A stretch of 64,000 nt of DNA, taken from Lepidodermella squamata. Lineage: Eukaryota; Animalia; Gastrotricha. Both the position numbers and the translations under genes were made by a program. Location: NCBI GenBank assembly GCA_047495785.1, contig JBLDXI010000014.1:248001-312000 (forward strand), given 5' to 3'. Positions 61,643 through 64,000 of the stretch are shown here, in pieces; the stretch's first letter is position 1; every line of letters starts with the position of its first letter. The notes beneath the pieces are model-generated. The model was not told where the DNA came from. It saw only the letters and a list, made by a program, of their open reading frames with translations, and made no database searches.

Positions 61643-63632
61643 CTAATAGTAACTACCGTAACTGTAACCGTTCGGCCAGTACCGGCTGTCGCCTCTGACT
61701 TGCGGCGGCCACGCTTGACGAGACGGCGCGTTGTTGCCGATGCGGTTGTTGACGTTCTGAATCGCTCGAGCGTTACCTGTATTATTGCCATTAACTCGGT
61801 GCGGATCGTCGAATCGCGGCGAGCGCGGTATCACCCGTGGGAACTGCTGCTGTGACTGTTGGTAGGACGGCGGCGCATTTGCCGCCCCGCCTCCTCCGCC
61901 CCCGCCATTGGCTAATGACTGCACGGCGTTCGCACCAGCCGCTGCTGAGGCGCCGCCGGCCGCGGAGGAGGACTTGGCGATGGCGGCGATTATTCCGGCG
62001 AGTAGAGCTACGCCGCAAACTGCACCGACCGATGCGCCGATTATTGTTGTTGTATCCGGCGATGAACTGCCGTCTGTTGATGCCGCTGTTGTTGTAGTCG
62101 AGCCGGCCTGTGTTATCAATTGGTTAGTAGCGCCTGCAGTTGTGCCCGAGTTATTAGAGCTGCCTGGCGGTCCTGTACCTGAGCCTGACCCAGATGAAGT
62201 TGAGGCGGTCGCCGGGTTCGTAGCGGCCTGTCGGGTCGTCGCTATAGTTGTCGTCGTAGTAGTTCGCAGCCAATACTAAAGCGCATTCAGAGAAGCATGA
62301 ATGATTGAACCAATTTTATTGAATATTGACAAATAGGTCAACTTTTTCTCAATATAAAGCACTTTTTATTGCTAGAGCGCAAAAATAATTTTAAATGTGC
62401 TACGGCTGTGAACATTTTGGAATTTTGAATCTCATCGATTCCTAAATTGCAGAAATAAATTTATAGGTACCGAAAGTAAGAACGCAAAAAACCAATATTT
62501 TCGTTAAACTTTTGATGGATTATTGCTCAATCAATTGCGGTTAAGATCTGTAATAATCCTATACTTGATACCACTCCTAAATTTCTCCGCATCTCAAGTG
62601 TATCGATATAATGCTAAATAGAGCATTTAACTCGGAATCTTGTAATGCTGCGAATTTGCTGACCCACGCTAAGTCTTTACCCATATAATTTAGAACCTAA
62701 TTTCCAGCCTCTTAAATCCGCACTCATATACTAGCCCGGTCAGTGTGAATATCTGACAATACCTAAGCCAAAGCTTGACCCAAAGCCGAATGCGAAGTAA
62801 ATTCCGACTTTTCAGCCCCAGGGGTGTAGAATCTGTAAATCCGGCCCGCCGGGAAAATTGTGGTCAGCGGAAAATTTTTTGGGAAATTTGAAGCATTTTC
62901 AGACGTTTCCGGAAAATTGGGAAAACCCGTCGGCTAAAGCTCCCTTCGCTCGCGAGGGTGGCTTATTTTTTTTAGATATCTGGTAACATTTCATGCTATT
63001 TGTATTCGCTGAATTGGACCAATTGGACGGGAATTTTCAGCTTTGCTACCGGAAGTTACGCAAATTCTACACTAATAAAGTGAACGAAAGATAGCAAGGT
63101 TTGCCCTCGAAGAAAGTTAGCAATAATTCGAGCAAAGTAAAAGTAATCATTGGAACAAAGGTCCGTGGCTTTTAAAATTCTGATTGCATAAGCCTACTCA
63201 TCTATAAATCGAAATTTTCGAGGATTTTAAGCCTTCAGACTTTGCGCAAGCTTTACCATGTTTAGTATTTGTAGAATTAAGGTTATAGTAACAGCAAGTT
63301 CTTACTGGAAGAGTTGTAGTTTGGGTAGTAGGAGGGACAGTATAAATCGTTGTAGGTGGACCAGGGCCTTGGGTGTAAATATAGGGTGTTGTCGTAGTAG
63401 TTCTTGTTGTAGTTGTAGTAGGAGTGGTTGTCGTTGTCCAAGTTGTTGTCCACGTTGTCGTAGTCGTTGTTTTATATGTTGTGGGCGAGTCATCTTCCCC
63501 TTCGCGGTCTTCAGGCCCTCTAGTCATTCCTTGCAGCGCTGTTCATGTAAAAAAAACCTTTCAAAGCATTGCTAATACCCACCAAGATTGACCAACCCCA
63601 AAGAGCAGTCGCTAAACCGAGATACAAACCAC
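61643..63632 (-). CDS. mucin-like Thr-rich single-pass membrane protein; 5' end uncertain
   Basis: Thr-rich exons (~63536-63306 and 62276-61643), TM IIGASVGAVCGVALLAGIIAAIA, cytoplasmic PPSY motif and Tyr-rich tail. Confidence 0.65.
63375..63485 (-). repeat. ACA/ACT codon repeat encoding poly-Thr
   Basis: GTT/GTA-rich imperfect trinucleotide repeat on the plus strand. Confidence 0.6.
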
Positions 63633-64000
63633 CTGTTTGATTTGGCTGTAAAGATAATTTGATATCGCTGAATAATCGAAATTAAAATTCATATTGGCTA
63701 ACTTGAAGCTTGATAATGGACGCAGCCGCAGCTTCGTTGAAGACCATAGTTTATTTTTGAGCCGCCTTTCGGTTCCAGAAAACGAACTGGTGATATTTCT
63801 GAAACCTGTTTACCGTACCGGGGTTGGTACACGGCACTTTTTTGCAATTCGGGATGCTACAACGCGTGCATCTCTATATGTCTCTAGAAAGCGAGTAACT
63901 AAACGAATGCACGAGACGCACCCTCTCAGTATTTTTTTAGAATTTTGTTCGTCTCTTTTTACGACGTCATCGCTCATTGATACTTTTTTACGATTCATGC

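Noticed and set aside
4030-62279. Antisense and alternative-frame ORFs overlapping the called genes
   Set aside because: Shadow ORFs of GC-richer coding exons with no independent motifs.
62819-63075. Possible hAT-like MITE (CAGGGGTGTAGAAT...ATTCTACAC)
   Set aside because: Only a 9-bp inverted core; terminal bases do not match and there is no TSD.
63811-64000. TA-CCGTA transposon-like terminus
   Set aside because: The other end is outside the window; it cannot be confirmed.
1-64000. tRNA, rRNA, CRISPR arrays, autonomous transposases or reverse transcriptases
   Set aside because: None recognised by eye; tRNAscan-SE/Infernal would be needed to exclude small RNAs.

Overview
Eukaryotic genomic DNA from a compact-genome invertebrate animal (BMP ligand, class A GPCRs, Patched-related protein, death domain; GT-AG introns mostly 42-62 nt; standard code). 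The taxon cannot be named from the sequence alone. About 20 genes: doublecortin-domain protein, an orphan gene, DNAJC3, SNF/U1A-U2B'', PRKX-like kinase, a divergent BMP, a death-domain coiled-coil protein, three GPCRs, an M13 peptidase, a WDR74 pseudogene, a Patched-related gene, a secreted phytochelatin-synthase-like gene, a Pro/Ser-rich protein and a mucin-like membrane protein. The most striking part is a 13-kb block (12.5-25.5 kb). It holds three intronless APH/methylthioribose-kinase-like paralogues, with a TTAA/piggyBac-type MITE between copies 1 and 2. It also holds two tandem NadR/AAA_28 P-loop kinase-like genes set head-to-head (336 bp) with a 10-exon gene that I can splice by hand into one 1715-aa protein joining a cellular RNA-dependent RNA polymerase to a Upf1-like SF1 helicase. 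Exon boundaries were read manually and family calls rest on motif recognition, not database searches.
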